Positions 38,591 to 48,666 of a stretch of 64,000 bases of DNA are shown in pieces. The notes under the pieces were generated by a model. It had not been told where the DNA came from. It saw only the letters and a list, made by a program, of their open reading frames with translations, and ran no database searches. Source of the stretch: Bacteroides sp. (GTDB lineage Bacteria; Bacteroidota; Bacteroidia; Bacteroidales; Bacteroidaceae). Every line of letters begins with the position of its first letter. The first letter of the stretch is position 1. Made by a program: the position numbers and the translations under genes. The stretch spans positions 3,884 through 67,883 of the forward strand of contig JAGATY010000089.1 in NCBI GenBank assembly GCA_017621035.1, given 5' to 3'.

Positions 38591-38814
38591 TCAACTTTTA
38601 CTTTATAAACCGAGATACAGCCGTCGGGACAAACCATGGCGCACGAAGCACAGCCGTTGCATGTATCTTCTAAAATCTGATGGGCATAGTTATACCCTTT
38701 TACATTCACCTCACGAGTGAGGGCTATAACGTTGAGCGGACAAGCCACCACGCAGAGGTTGCAGCCTTTGCAACGCTCGGTGTCGACTACGATAGCTCCT
38801 TTAATCTTTGCCAT
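38587..38814 (-). CDS. 2x[4Fe-4S] ferredoxin (delta subunit)
   Basis: CKGCNLCVVACP and CNGCASCAMVCP. Confidence 0.93.
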   Translation of the reverse strand: MAKIKGAIVVDTERCKGCNLCVVACPLNVIALTREVNVKGYNYAHQILEDTCNGCASCAMVCPDGCISVYKVKVE

Positions 38815-38850
38815 AACAAATGATTTATACTGTTTATTTCTAATTCTTAT

Positions 38851-39126
38851 TTATTGGTTGTACATATCTTTGTTGAAGAAGTTAAGTATGTCCATCAACA
38901 TACTGCGGGCTTCAACAGCCGGACTTTCGGCATTCAGCTCAATGGCATATTGATAATTATTGAGCGCTTGTTGCCAGTTTCCTGTTTTTCGGTAAGCATT
39001 TCCAAGCAGATAGTACACCTCGTCCTGATTTGGACAATTCTCAGCCAACATCTTGTTCAGCCGACCAATGGCCTCCTCAGTTTCACCTTTTTGAATCAGT
39101 TCTTTGATGTACAGTACTTGCTCCAT
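38851..39126 (-). CDS. Small tetratricopeptide repeat protein
   Basis: YYLLGNAYRKTGNWQQALNNYQYAIELN TPR unit. Confidence 0.85.
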   Translation of the reverse strand: MEQVLYIKELIQKGETEEAIGRLNKMLAENCPNQDEVYYLLGNAYRKTGNWQQALNNYQYAIELNAESPAVEARSMLMDILNFFNKDMYNQ

Positions 39127-39358
39127 CCCGGTTAGCTTACTTTATAATATACGTGACAAAGATAGTTCTTATTTAGGAGAAAGTGAGAGAACTTGTTTTG
39201 ATTTTCTTGAAAAAGTTGTTTCTTCACTTCTGTGAGCACTCATTTTGGGGTTGTATTTCTTTTTCAGAGGAGTATTGCGTGCTATATGACCCCAAGAAGG
39301 GAAAGAGAATCTACAAGAAACTTCAAAGGAATAGAATAAGAAAACCAAAACAACTAAA

Positions 39359-39988
39359 TTAGAAACTAATACCCAACCCCAATGAATAAAAAGTGGGACG
39401 GTTTTCATTCTCAAGTAATTTATAGCGTTGTGTTAGGTAACTTCCTACTTTAAATGATAGGCTTGCAAACCAGTAATTGAGATTTAAGCCAGCTTGCCAG
39501 GAAGGATAGGCCGGATAATACACATCCCTCAATAGTCCCATTTTCTCACCCAAGTGTCGACATGTAAAAGCATATTTAACATTTACTCCGGCAAATACAT
39601 CTAATGAGAGTCGTTTAATTATTGGGAAACTATATCCTCCTACAAGTGACGCTCCCATTCCTTTCTCCTTAAGATTGAGATTATGACAATGTACTCTACT
39701 CCAGTTAGTAACAGAACCGGCTGAAATATACGAACCGCTATCGTATTCAAACCAGTACATGCTAAGGCTCGGCTCAATAAACCAGTTCTTCTTCAGATAC
39801 CATTTATAGAATAGTTCAAGATTTTTATTCTCAATTTTATCAACTCTATATGTACCTTTTTCTCCCCCTCCATCGTCCAATACCCAATCTATGGCATAAC
39901 GAACCCCGATTCTGTTTTTCTGTTTTTCTTGAGCTGAAACACTGATTGCTAATAGAATAAGTAAAACTATAACAAGATTTCTTTTCAT
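39359..39988 (-). CDS. Outer-membrane beta-barrel protein (OMP_b-brl-like, about 8 strands)
   Basis: Start taken at MKRNLVIV (signal peptide ending VSA/Q); alternating aromatic strands; C-terminal YSLGLGISF BAM-type signal; AT-rich DNA. Confidence 0.75.
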   Translation of the reverse strand: MKRNLVIVLLILLAISVSAQEKQKNRIGVRYAIDWVLDDGGGEKGTYRVDKIENKNLELFYKWYLKKNWFIEPSLSMYWFEYDSGSYISAGSVTNWSRVHCHNLNLKEKGMGASLVGGYSFPIIKRLSLDVFAGVNVKYAFTCRHLGEKMGLLRDVYYPAYPSWQAGLNLNYWFASLSFKVGSYLTQRYKLLENENRPTFYSLGLGISF

Positions 39989-40013
39989 AATATTTTTTAT
40001 ATTAAGGTGAATA

Positions 40014-41489
40014 CTATTCTGATACTTTCTCAGCAAAGTTATAAACCATGTTTCTGACAGCACCGGTAGTTCCTAAAGGAGAACTCCAATATGGAGTATA
40101 TATATGGTCTGTCGGAGGAATTTCTCCGGCCTCATCGAAACTTGCAGCTGTTTGTGTTCTGACTAAATAGAAAACATCGTCTTTGGTGCAATAAGTATTC
40201 CCCCATTTCATGCCAAAGTAGGTTCTTGTTTCTTGGGAAAGTGTTATATCCATCTCGTCTTCTCCATTAGGAACAAATAGTTCCGGTGGGTTGGAATAAT
40301 ACTCTTCTTCACTTACTTTGTAACTATCGTTCCAGCGACAATGCATTTTAATGTCATTAGATTCTATTTTATATCTATCGATTAAGAAATAGTGAACATT
40401 AGTTTTTCCCTCTGTGGCAGAATTACTTTCCATAAGTGAATGAATACAAACAGGAGATCCGTTTCTTACGTAAGCCAAAACGGTGGAGAAACTATAAGAA
40501 GAAGACTCTGTATAGGAAAGCTTTGCCCAGTTAAGGGCTGACCTTAAGTCGCTCATATCGACTACCGTAGATTCTGCCCCATAAGTTACTCCCATAATAT
40601 TTTGTCCTAAATAGGCTAAATATGCAGCAGTATAATCCATACCTTCTGCACTGTTCATGCTTTCTGCCATTTCTTTCCAAATGCCAGTAGTAAAAGTGGA
40701 AATATCTGGGAGCTCACTCACATCCTTGAGTGGTCGTAATGCTGTTGGTAATATACAATCTCTTGGATTGTTTTTTCTAAAAGAGTAAATGATTTGTGCA
40801 ACAGCAACAACATTACAGCCTACTTTGGCATTGACCAAATTTCCTAATGTATCTATTTTGAGTGGTGTATATTGATTCCAAGGAGTATCTTGCCACCATT
40901 GAGTTTCTAAAATATGTGGAATCTTGATTGTGTTCTCTTCATAGATTGTATCTTCAGGAATCCACATTCCGACAACATAACCTTCATTGTCGTTTGTAGA
41001 GTATGTTGCTAAATTTTCACATCTAACTTTGGGCTTAAGAAAACTCCATATTGAATTTTTCTCTGTATTATTACTGTTGCGTATGCTCTTTATATAACTC
41101 AATAAACCTTCTACAGAAGAATCATAAATACCAGATGCGCTTGTCTCAAATTCTCCATTGTCAGAGGTCATCATTGTAGGTGATAATCGCTGATCTCCTG
41201 AAATAACATCCCATCCTTGTGTATATTGTACGCAATAAGCTAGTGTATCCCCTTCGCGGATAAGGGGTAGTGTGTTTTCTACTTTATCTGCTTTCTTTAC
41301 TAGTCGTAAATAATCCCAAAGCATTTGATTTGAAACTTTGTAATCTTCTTCCTCACTAGATGAGATGAAATTGCGTGTTTGTACACACAACTGTTTGGCT
41401 GGCAAGCTATTCAAAACTTCATTCTGTGAACAAGATGTAAATATCATTACCCCTAGGATAAATAATATTCTGCTATAATAAGTACGCAT
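40014..41489 (-). CDS. C10 family (streptopain/SpeB-like) cysteine peptidase lipoprotein with Spi/I69-like prodomain
   Basis: FTSC lipobox; GWDVISGD prodomain motif; WWQDTPWNQYTP, catalytic VGCNVVAVAQI, HYFLIDRY (His) and MKWG; AT-rich. Confidence 0.8.
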   Translation of the reverse strand: MRTYYSRILFILGVMIFTSCSQNEVLNSLPAKQLCVQTRNFISSSEEEDYKVSNQMLWDYLRLVKKADKVENTLPLIREGDTLAYCVQYTQGWDVISGDQRLSPTMMTSDNGEFETSASGIYDSSVEGLLSYIKSIRNSNNTEKNSIWSFLKPKVRCENLATYSTNDNEGYVVGMWIPEDTIYEENTIKIPHILETQWWQDTPWNQYTPLKIDTLGNLVNAKVGCNVVAVAQIIYSFRKNNPRDCILPTALRPLKDVSELPDISTFTTGIWKEMAESMNSAEGMDYTAAYLAYLGQNIMGVTYGAESTVVDMSDLRSALNWAKLSYTESSSYSFSTVLAYVRNGSPVCIHSLMESNSATEGKTNVHYFLIDRYKIESNDIKMHCRWNDSYKVSEEEYYSNPPELFVPNGEDEMDITLSQETRTYFGMKWGNTYCTKDDVFYLVRTQTAASFDEAGEIPPTDHIYTPYWSSPLGTTGAVRNMVYNFAEKVSE

Positions 41490-42025
41490 GGCATTATATA
41501 TTTAGATGCAAATGCAAAATTAGGAATAATATTGAAAAGTTTATTGACATGAAGAAATAATTTGCATTTTTGATTTCTGGCGCTTCTCATTTACTTACCA
41601 CATACTACTTCTTTTGGGGAGCCTTTATCTTTGTTAGTCACTTATATGGCTCACCATGCTCCTCAGTGAGAAAATATATATTCGAAAGCTCTACCAAAGA
41701 ATGCGTAAATTAAATCGGTTCTTAGTTTTTTAACGCTTATGAATTTCCGAGTTAACATTTAAATTTCCTCTACCTCCACGCGAGAGAATTTTTGTTACCA
41801 GGCGTGGTAAATTTTGCAACCTCGCGAGAAAGTGAAAATCGGCTCCCTATCTTTCTATTACAAACGGTACGTTTTAAATGTTAATTCCAAATGCCAATGC
41901 TCAATAGAAACTTATCAATCCGATACCTTCCTCTTGTGACATAGCTCTCTTTGTTTGTATAGTTACAGAGTATTGCGGAAGATAGAATTGTGCAGTAAGG
42001 TGGAATCTCTAATAGGATAGGTACA

Positions 42026-42068
42026 TAAAAAGAGAGTTCTCACCGAAGTGAGAACCCTCTGAAAAAAA
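42026..42068 (-). terminator. Terminator after tkt-rpiB
   Basis: AGAGAGTTCTCAC-CGAA-GTGAGAACCCTCT with A/T tracts on both sides. Confidence 0.8.
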
Positions 42069-42093
42069 CTGTATAAATGAAAAAAAAGTTTCT

Positions 42094-42531
42094 TTATTTG
42101 CTGATGGCAATCTTTTCAACTCTGCGTTGGTGACGGCCTCCCTCAAAAGGTGTCTTGAAGAACTTCTTCATGATGAGGTCAGCTTCTGTGTTGGTAACAA
42201 AACGACCCGGCATAACCAGTACGTTTGCATCGTTGTGCTGACGAGCCAATTCTGCGATGTCACTGTTCCAGCAAAGGGCAGCACGGATGCTTTGGTGCTT
42301 GTTCAGCGTCATGCTGATACCGTTTCCGCTACCGCAAATAGCGATACCTTTGGCGCATTCGCCTGCTTCGATGGCTTTAGCCAACTCGTGAGCGAAGTCA
42401 GGATAATCTACACTCTCCGGTGAGTAAGTACCGAAGTCTTTATATTCAACACCTTGGGCATCAAGCCACTGTTGCACATACTGCTTCAACGCAAACCCGG
42501 CGTGATCGCAGCAAATTCCAATTGTGTTCAT
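42094..42531 (-). CDS. rpiB: Ribose-5-phosphate isomerase B
   Basis: DHAG, VDYPD, ICGSGNGI, HNDAN, GGRHQRRV; start taken at MNTIGI. Confidence 0.97.
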   Translation of the reverse strand: MNTIGICCDHAGFALKQYVQQWLDAQGVEYKDFGTYSPESVDYPDFAHELAKAIEAGECAKGIAICGSGNGISMTLNKHQSIRAALCWNSDIAELARQHNDANVLVMPGRFVTNTEADLIMKKFFKTPFEGGRHQRRVEKIAISK

Positions 42532-42585
42532 TGTATTAAATGTATTAGGGTGCCGGCAGTGTAAAGTGCCGACACGCAATTATTA

Positions 42586-44595
42586 TTATAACATTGATTT
42601 TACTTGATTATAAACATTCTCTGCATTGAAACCGAGCTTCTCGTCCAACACCTTATAGGGAGCTGAGTAACCGAATGACTCCAATCCCCAAATCTTACCG
42701 TTGGCACCAACCAGCCCCTCAATGGTAACAGGCAGACCCGCGGTCAGACCGAATATCTTGGCTCCTGTAGGCAGGATACTCTCTTGGTACTCTTTGCTTT
42801 GGGTGCGGAACAGACCTTCTGATGGTGCAGAAACAATGCGTACCTTTACACCATCCTTGCGTAACAACTCGGCTCCGGCTACCAGTGTAGAAACTTCTGA
42901 ACCGGAAGCAACCATGATAACATCGGGATTTTCGTCAGAACCGGTAACGATATACGCACCTTTCACAGCTTGTGTGTGGTCGTTGCCTGCCGGTAGGCTG
43001 TTCACGTTCTGGCGAGAGAGTACCAAAGCAGTCGGCGTATCCATGTTTTCGATAGCCAATTTCCAAGCAACAGTGGTTTCGTCTGCATCTGCCGGACGAA
43101 GTACCAAAGTTGAGTTCTTGCCCTTATGGTTCTTCAACTTCTCCATCAGTCGAAGCTGAGCCTCTTGTTCCACCGGTTCGTGAGTCGGGCCATCTTCGCC
43201 AACACGGAAAGCATCGTGTGTCCAAATAAACTTGATGGGGATTTGCATCAAGGCTGCCATACGGATGGCCGGTTTCATGTAGTCAGAGAATACAAAGAAT
43301 GTACCGCAAGCTGCAATGACACCACCGTGCAACATCATACCGATACAACAGCAAGCCATTGTCAGTTCGGCTACACCTGCTTGCAGGAAGGCACCACTAA
43401 AATCTCCCTTTACAAAAGCTTTGGTTTTCTTCAAGAAACCATCAGTCTTGTCCGAGTTGGAGAGGTCTGCAGAAGAAACAATCATATTCTCTACCTGTTC
43501 TGCCAGCAGACCAAGCACATTGGCCGATGCTACACGGGTAGCAACATCAGGTTTCTGTGTCAGGCCTTCCCAATTTATCTCGGGAGCTTTGCCGGAGAAG
43601 AAATGCTCCAACTTAGCTGCTTTCTCCGGATTCTTGGCTGCCCAAGCAGCTTTGATGGCATATTGTTCAGCTACAATCTTTTTCAACTCTTCGTTACGCT
43701 TGGCGTACAATTCAGCCACTTCGGGATAGATGATAAACGGATTCTCAGGGTCACCTCCCAGGTTCTTGATGGTGTTAACATAAGCATCACCACCCAACGG
43801 AGCACCGTGTGTGCCGCAATCCATTTCGTAGCTGCTACCATCTGCACGGCGACAGCCCTTACCCATGATGGTGCGACCGATGATAAGCGTAGGACGTTCG
43901 CTTTCTGCCTTGGCTTCTTTCAACGCTTCGCGAATGGCATCTGCATCGTTACCATCTATTGTAATAACTTTCCAACCCCATGCTTCATATTTCTTGCCGG
44001 TGTCTTCGGTTGTTACTTCAGCTGTGGTAGTGGAGAGCTGTATTTCATTGGCATCATAAAACATGATGAGGTTATCCAATCCCAATGTTCCGGCAATACG
44101 ACCGGCACCTTGTGAGATTTCTTCTTGTACGCCACCGTCGGAAATGTAGGCATAGATGGTTTGCGGCATAACTTCGGGGAAACGTGCCTTCAGGAACTTA
44201 GCTGCAATGGCTGCACCTACGGCATACGCATGCCCTTGGCCAAGGGGACCGGAAGTATTCTCTACACCACGCATGATATTGCGTTCTGGGTGTCCCGGTG
44301 TCGGGCTGCCCCATTGACGGAACGATTTCAACTCTTCTATGGTGAATTTGCCGGTCATGGCTAATGTTGCATAAAGCATAGGTGACATGTGTCCCGGGTC
44401 AAGGAAGAAACGGTCACGACCTTCCCATGCCGGATTTTCCGGGTCATGTATCAAGAACTCTGAGTAAAGCACATTGATGAAGTCGGCACCACCCATAGCT
44501 CCTCCGGGGTGACCCGATTTGGCCTTCTCAACCATGGAAGCAGCAAGAATACGAATGTTATCTGCTGCTAGGTTCATAAGTTTTTTGTCGTTCAT
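42586..44595 (-). CDS. tkt: Transketolase
   Basis: SGHPGGAMG, RDRFFLDPGH, SGPLGQG, SDG...QE, THDAFRVGEDGPTHEP. Confidence 0.97.
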   Translation of the reverse strand: MNDKKLMNLAADNIRILAASMVEKAKSGHPGGAMGGADFINVLYSEFLIHDPENPAWEGRDRFFLDPGHMSPMLYATLAMTGKFTIEELKSFRQWGSPTPGHPERNIMRGVENTSGPLGQGHAYAVGAAIAAKFLKARFPEVMPQTIYAYISDGGVQEEISQGAGRIAGTLGLDNLIMFYDANEIQLSTTTAEVTTEDTGKKYEAWGWKVITIDGNDADAIREALKEAKAESERPTLIIGRTIMGKGCRRADGSSYEMDCGTHGAPLGGDAYVNTIKNLGGDPENPFIIYPEVAELYAKRNEELKKIVAEQYAIKAAWAAKNPEKAAKLEHFFSGKAPEINWEGLTQKPDVATRVASANVLGLLAEQVENMIVSSADLSNSDKTDGFLKKTKAFVKGDFSGAFLQAGVAELTMACCCIGMMLHGGVIAACGTFFVFSDYMKPAIRMAALMQIPIKFIWTHDAFRVGEDGPTHEPVEQEAQLRLMEKLKNHKGKNSTLVLRPADADETTVAWKLAIENMDTPTALVLSRQNVNSLPAGNDHTQAVKGAYIVTGSDENPDVIMVASGSEVSTLVAGAELLRKDGVKVRIVSAPSEGLFRTQSKEYQESILPTGAKIFGLTAGLPVTIEGLVGANGKIWGLESFGYSAPYKVLDEKLGFNAENVYNQVKSML

Positions 44596-44810
44596 ATAGA
44601 TGTTTTTTAGTCTTAAATGCTTGCTTGTGGCAGGTGTATTCTACCTGCATTCTAATTTTAACACGACAAAGATAACTCTTTATGTGAAAACCGCAATATT
44701 GTTTATACTTCTTTTTTTATAAGAAGTTGTTTTTTGTCTAAAACCTTCTGATTTTTTCCTCTCGATGCCGCAAAAAATAAAGACGGGTAGCCAAAATGTC
44801 ACGTCTCACA

Positions 44811-44857
44811 AAACAAAAAAACTCGCTAGACCCGGAGTGATACCGGAACTAGCGAGT
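44811..44857 (-). terminator. Terminator after the gal operon
   Basis: ACTCGCTAG...CTAGCGAGT stem with a minus-strand T-tract. Confidence 0.65.
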
Positions 44858-44893
44858 AGACGGGCTTTCGACCCTTAAAATGTGAAGTATAAT

Positions 44894-46048
44894 TTATTCA
44901 AGTCTGCGTGCTCCATCACTGATGACAACGTCATAAATCTTCGGGCTACGTCCAAACTTCTTTAAGAAGTCTTCCTTAGCTTTTTCCACGAAGGTGCCAT
45001 ACAATTCCTCTTTCACCAGATTAATAGTACATCCGCCGAATCCGCCACCCATCACACGCGAACCGGTTACACCACAGTCAAAAGCCAAGTCATTCAAAAA
45101 GTCAAGCTCTTCACAGCTCACTTCGTAAAGCTTGCTCATACCCTGATGTGTCTCATACATTTTTTGTCCCACGGTCTCATAGTCACCTTTCTTCAGTGCT
45201 TCGCAAACGTCAAGCACGCGCTGAATCTCCTCGATGACATATTCTGCACGCATGTAATCTTCCTCACTGATGTCAGCCTTGGCTTCATTTAGCATTTCCG
45301 GGGTACAGTCGCGCAAGAACTCAACTTCAGGATGCTTCTTCTGGATGGCTGCTACCGCATTTTCACAGCTCTGACGACGTTTGTTGTAAGCGGATGAGGC
45401 CAATTCATGTTTTACTACAGAGTCAACCAAAACCAGTTTGTAACCTACCGGCTCAAAGGGGAAGTATTCATACTCCAATGAGCGGCAATCCAGTCGGATG
45501 AGGCTTCCTTTTTTTCCGAAAACCGATGCAAACTGATCCATGATGCCACACTTCACACCGCAATAGTTATGTTCAGTAGCCTGACCCACTTTAGCCAGTT
45601 CAAACTTATCTATCTTGTTTTCACCGAAAAGGTCATTTAGTGCATACGCATAAGTGCTCTCCAGTGCTGCAGAAGATGACATGCCGGCTCCCAGAGGTAC
45701 ATCGCCTGCAAAAGCAGTATTGAATCCCTTTACCTCAACGCCTCGCTTAATCATTTCGCGGCATACACCAAATATATAACGTGCCCAGCTGGCGCGAGGA
45801 GCATCTTCTTCATTCAGGCCAAACTCAACGTAGTCTTTCAAATCAATGGAATAGGCTTTTACCTTGTCTGTTCCGTTGGGTCTGACCTCAGCAATCATTC
45901 CTTTGTCTATTGCACCGGGAAAAACGAATCCGCCATTATAATCTGTGTGCTCACCAATAAGGTTGATGCGGCCGGGCGATGCGTAAACGGCTCCGGTCTT
46001 TCCATCGAAATGCTTGATGAAACGGCTTCTTACAAATTCTATATCCAT
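44894..46048 (-). CDS. galK: Galactokinase
   Basis: PGRINLIGEHTDY, VPLGAGMSSSAA, CGIMDQ, SRVMGGGFGGC; alternative start at 46057. Confidence 0.97.
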   Translation of the reverse strand: MDIEFVRSRFIKHFDGKTGAVYASPGRINLIGEHTDYNGGFVFPGAIDKGMIAEVRPNGTDKVKAYSIDLKDYVEFGLNEEDAPRASWARYIFGVCREMIKRGVEVKGFNTAFAGDVPLGAGMSSSAALESTYAYALNDLFGENKIDKFELAKVGQATEHNYCGVKCGIMDQFASVFGKKGSLIRLDCRSLEYEYFPFEPVGYKLVLVDSVVKHELASSAYNKRRQSCENAVAAIQKKHPEVEFLRDCTPEMLNEAKADISEEDYMRAEYVIEEIQRVLDVCEALKKGDYETVGQKMYETHQGMSKLYEVSCEELDFLNDLAFDCGVTGSRVMGGGFGGCTINLVKEELYGTFVEKAKEDFLKKFGRSPKIYDVVISDGARRLE

Positions 46049-46091
46049 GATATTCAAATTTTTAAGGTGTATATTTGTCTGATAACTCTAA

Positions 46092-47393
46092 TTATTCAAC
46101 CGGAATATCCTTGTTGACATTTTTGCAACCGATCAGTGCATAGTAGAGCATGTAACCCAAACATACTGCTACCAACCAGTAGCTGGTCATGTAAGTTGTC
46201 ACGTCAGCGATACCGTTCTGAATCAGCGGTAATACACCACCACCAACAACCATCATCATGAAGATACCGGAAGCCTGTGCGGTATATTTACCCAAACCTT
46301 CTACAGCCAGGTTGAAAATGCCACCCCACATAACTGAAGTGCACAAACCGCAGAGTACCAGGAACATGGCGCTAACAGGAACCTCTTTCAGCATGAAGCT
46401 TCCTTCTGCGTAGCCCGGCATGGAAACCTTGATGGTATCAGGCATAAAGATAGCCAATACTACCAATGCGATACCTACTACTGATGCAACAATCAGCTGT
46501 GTACGGCTAGAAACCTTGCCACTGATGAAGCTACTGATGGTACGGCCTACCAACATCAGCAACCAATACATGGCTGCAATAGCACCGGCAACCGAAGCAG
46601 CACCTTCACCCAAACCTGTAGCAGGGTCAGCCAAATAGAAAATCATAGTTCCGGGGATACCTACCTCAACACCTACATAAATAAAGATGGCAATCACACC
46701 CAGTACAAAGTGACGGAAGCTCCACGGACTGTGGGGAGCCTTGGTAGCAACAGCATCTTTACCCTTCTTGATGTGAGGTTCAGGAATCTGTACCATATAA
46801 ATAATGAGGAATGCCACAACGAAAATGCCCATAGCAATGAACAGCAGCGGGTTTACGTCTGCAATAGAGGTAGATGAGGTGATGGCACCAATCAAAGCAC
46901 CTACGAAAAGCGGGGTAAGAGTACCGGACAGTGAGTTCAGTGAACCACCAATCTGAACCAACTGATTACCACGGTTTCCACCGCCACCCAGCAAGTTTAA
47001 CATGGGGTTTACCACTGTGTTCAGCATACATACACAGAAACCGCAGATGAATGCTCCCAGCAGATATACACAGAAACCGGTTGTAACGCTACCGCCAACA
47101 AGACCGGACAGATACTGTACAAACAGACCTACGAAACCAACGGCCATTGCTGTCAGAGCCGTCTTCTTATAACCAATCTTCTCCAACATCTTACCGGCGG
47201 GAATACCCATGAACAGGTAAGCCAAGAAGTTCATGAAGTTACCCAACATACCCAATATACCGGAGTCGCCGAACTGGCCTTTCCATATGGTGCCGATGGG
47301 GGCAGCAAGATTAGTAACGAAAGAAATCATTGCAAACAAGAAGCACATGGCTACAATGGCAACGATATTACCATTTTGTTTTTGTTGTGTCAT
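46092..47393 (-). CDS. MFS sugar transporter, FucP/GluP family (galactose)
   Basis: AYLFMGIPAG, NP..NLLG, IYVGVEV, GG..LPL; located between galM and galK. Confidence 0.9.
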   Translation of the reverse strand: MTQQKQNGNIVAIVAMCFLFAMISFVTNLAAPIGTIWKGQFGDSGILGMLGNFMNFLAYLFMGIPAGKMLEKIGYKKTALTAMAVGFVGLFVQYLSGLVGGSVTTGFCVYLLGAFICGFCVCMLNTVVNPMLNLLGGGGNRGNQLVQIGGSLNSLSGTLTPLFVGALIGAITSSTSIADVNPLLFIAMGIFVVAFLIIYMVQIPEPHIKKGKDAVATKAPHSPWSFRHFVLGVIAIFIYVGVEVGIPGTMIFYLADPATGLGEGAASVAGAIAAMYWLLMLVGRTISSFISGKVSSRTQLIVASVVGIALVVLAIFMPDTIKVSMPGYAEGSFMLKEVPVSAMFLVLCGLCTSVMWGGIFNLAVEGLGKYTAQASGIFMMMVVGGGVLPLIQNGIADVTTYMTSYWLVAVCLGYMLYYALIGCKNVNKDIPVE

Positions 47394-47430
47394 AATCGTA
47401 AAGATATTAGTTTATAAATTAGTTAATTAG

Positions 47431-48534
47431 TCAAATTGATTCGTCTACATCAAACTTGTAGATGGTTACTTGCTGATACTCGTCACCAGGTAGCAGTACG
47501 GCTGATGGAAAGTGAGCTTTGTTGGGGGTGTCGGGGAAGCATTGTGCTTCAAAGCAGATGGCACTGCGAGCCGGGAATGTGGCCCCGTGGGCACCTTCAA
47601 AGCCATTCAGCCAGTTGCTGGTGTAGAGTTGCAATCCGTTCTCGGTGGTGTATACCTCCATCCGGCGTTTGCTCTCTTTGTCAACACAAGTAGCTGCTAA
47701 TGTCAACTCTCCGGCTTCGGTTTTGTTCAAAACATAACAGTGGTCATATCCTGCACCATATTTTAACTGAATAAAATCATCGTTGATGCGTTCGCCTACG
47801 GTATGTGGAGTGCGGAAGTCCATGGGGGTACCGGCCACTTTCAGGATTTCTCCGGTAGGAATCGAAACCTCATCCATAGGTGTGTAGAAGTCGGCATTGA
47901 TAGTAACTACATAGTCTTCAATGGATGGGGTGGGGGTGGCTATACCATGCAGGTTGAAGAAACCGTGACTGGTCAGGTTGACGACGGTAGCCTTGTCTGT
48001 TGTGGCCTTGTACTCAATGACCAAAGCGTTCACCTCCTCTTCCAACCGATAGACCATTTCTACTTCCAGATTCCCGGGAAAACCCTCTTCGCCATCCGGA
48101 CTGGTGTAGCTGAAGATGATGGTTGACTCATCCGGTTGTACGGCATCCCAAACCTTGGTGTGGAATCCGGTCGGTCCTCCGTGCAAAGAGTTGGGGCCAT
48201 TGTTGATGGTCAGTGTGTGCTCTTCGCCATACAGGGTGAATTTTCCTTTGGCAATGCGGTTGGCATATCTTCCTACGGTAGTGTTAAGGAATGGTTCCGG
48301 ACTGTGGATGACGTGCTCAATGCTGTCATGTCCCAGAACAACGTTGGCATACTCACCGTTCTTGTCGGGCACCATAATAGAAAGTATGGTGCAGCCATAG
48401 TTGGTAACAGCTACCTCCATGCCATTTTTGTTTCTCAGTATATATAAATCGGTAGACTTATCTTGAATGGTCTTTTGGAAATCAGCCCGGTTTAATCCGG
48501 ACTTATTATTTTCTGTGGAAGTCGTGCTTGACAT
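47431..48534 (-). CDS. galM: Aldose 1-epimerase (galactose mutarotase)
   Basis: GRYANRI, NSLHGG, EGFPGNL, NLTSHGFFNL, CFEAQ. Confidence 0.96.
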   Translation of the reverse strand: MSSTTSTENNKSGLNRADFQKTIQDKSTDLYILRNKNGMEVAVTNYGCTILSIMVPDKNGEYANVVLGHDSIEHVIHSPEPFLNTTVGRYANRIAKGKFTLYGEEHTLTINNGPNSLHGGPTGFHTKVWDAVQPDESTIIFSYTSPDGEEGFPGNLEVEMVYRLEEEVNALVIEYKATTDKATVVNLTSHGFFNLHGIATPTPSIEDYVVTINADFYTPMDEVSIPTGEILKVAGTPMDFRTPHTVGERINDDFIQLKYGAGYDHCYVLNKTEAGELTLAATCVDKESKRRMEVYTTENGLQLYTSNWLNGFEGAHGATFPARSAICFEAQCFPDTPNKAHFPSAVLLPGDEYQQVTIYKFDVDESI

Positions 48535-48666
48535 AATGGTATCGTTTAAATTTCTTGCAAATAAAGAGAAATTCTTTTGTTCTCCAAAGCAAATCTAGGG
48601 AATTTTTTTGTATGTTTGTTCCCGTGAAACGCCAAAAAGAAATAGTATTGTTGAAAGTTCTAATTC

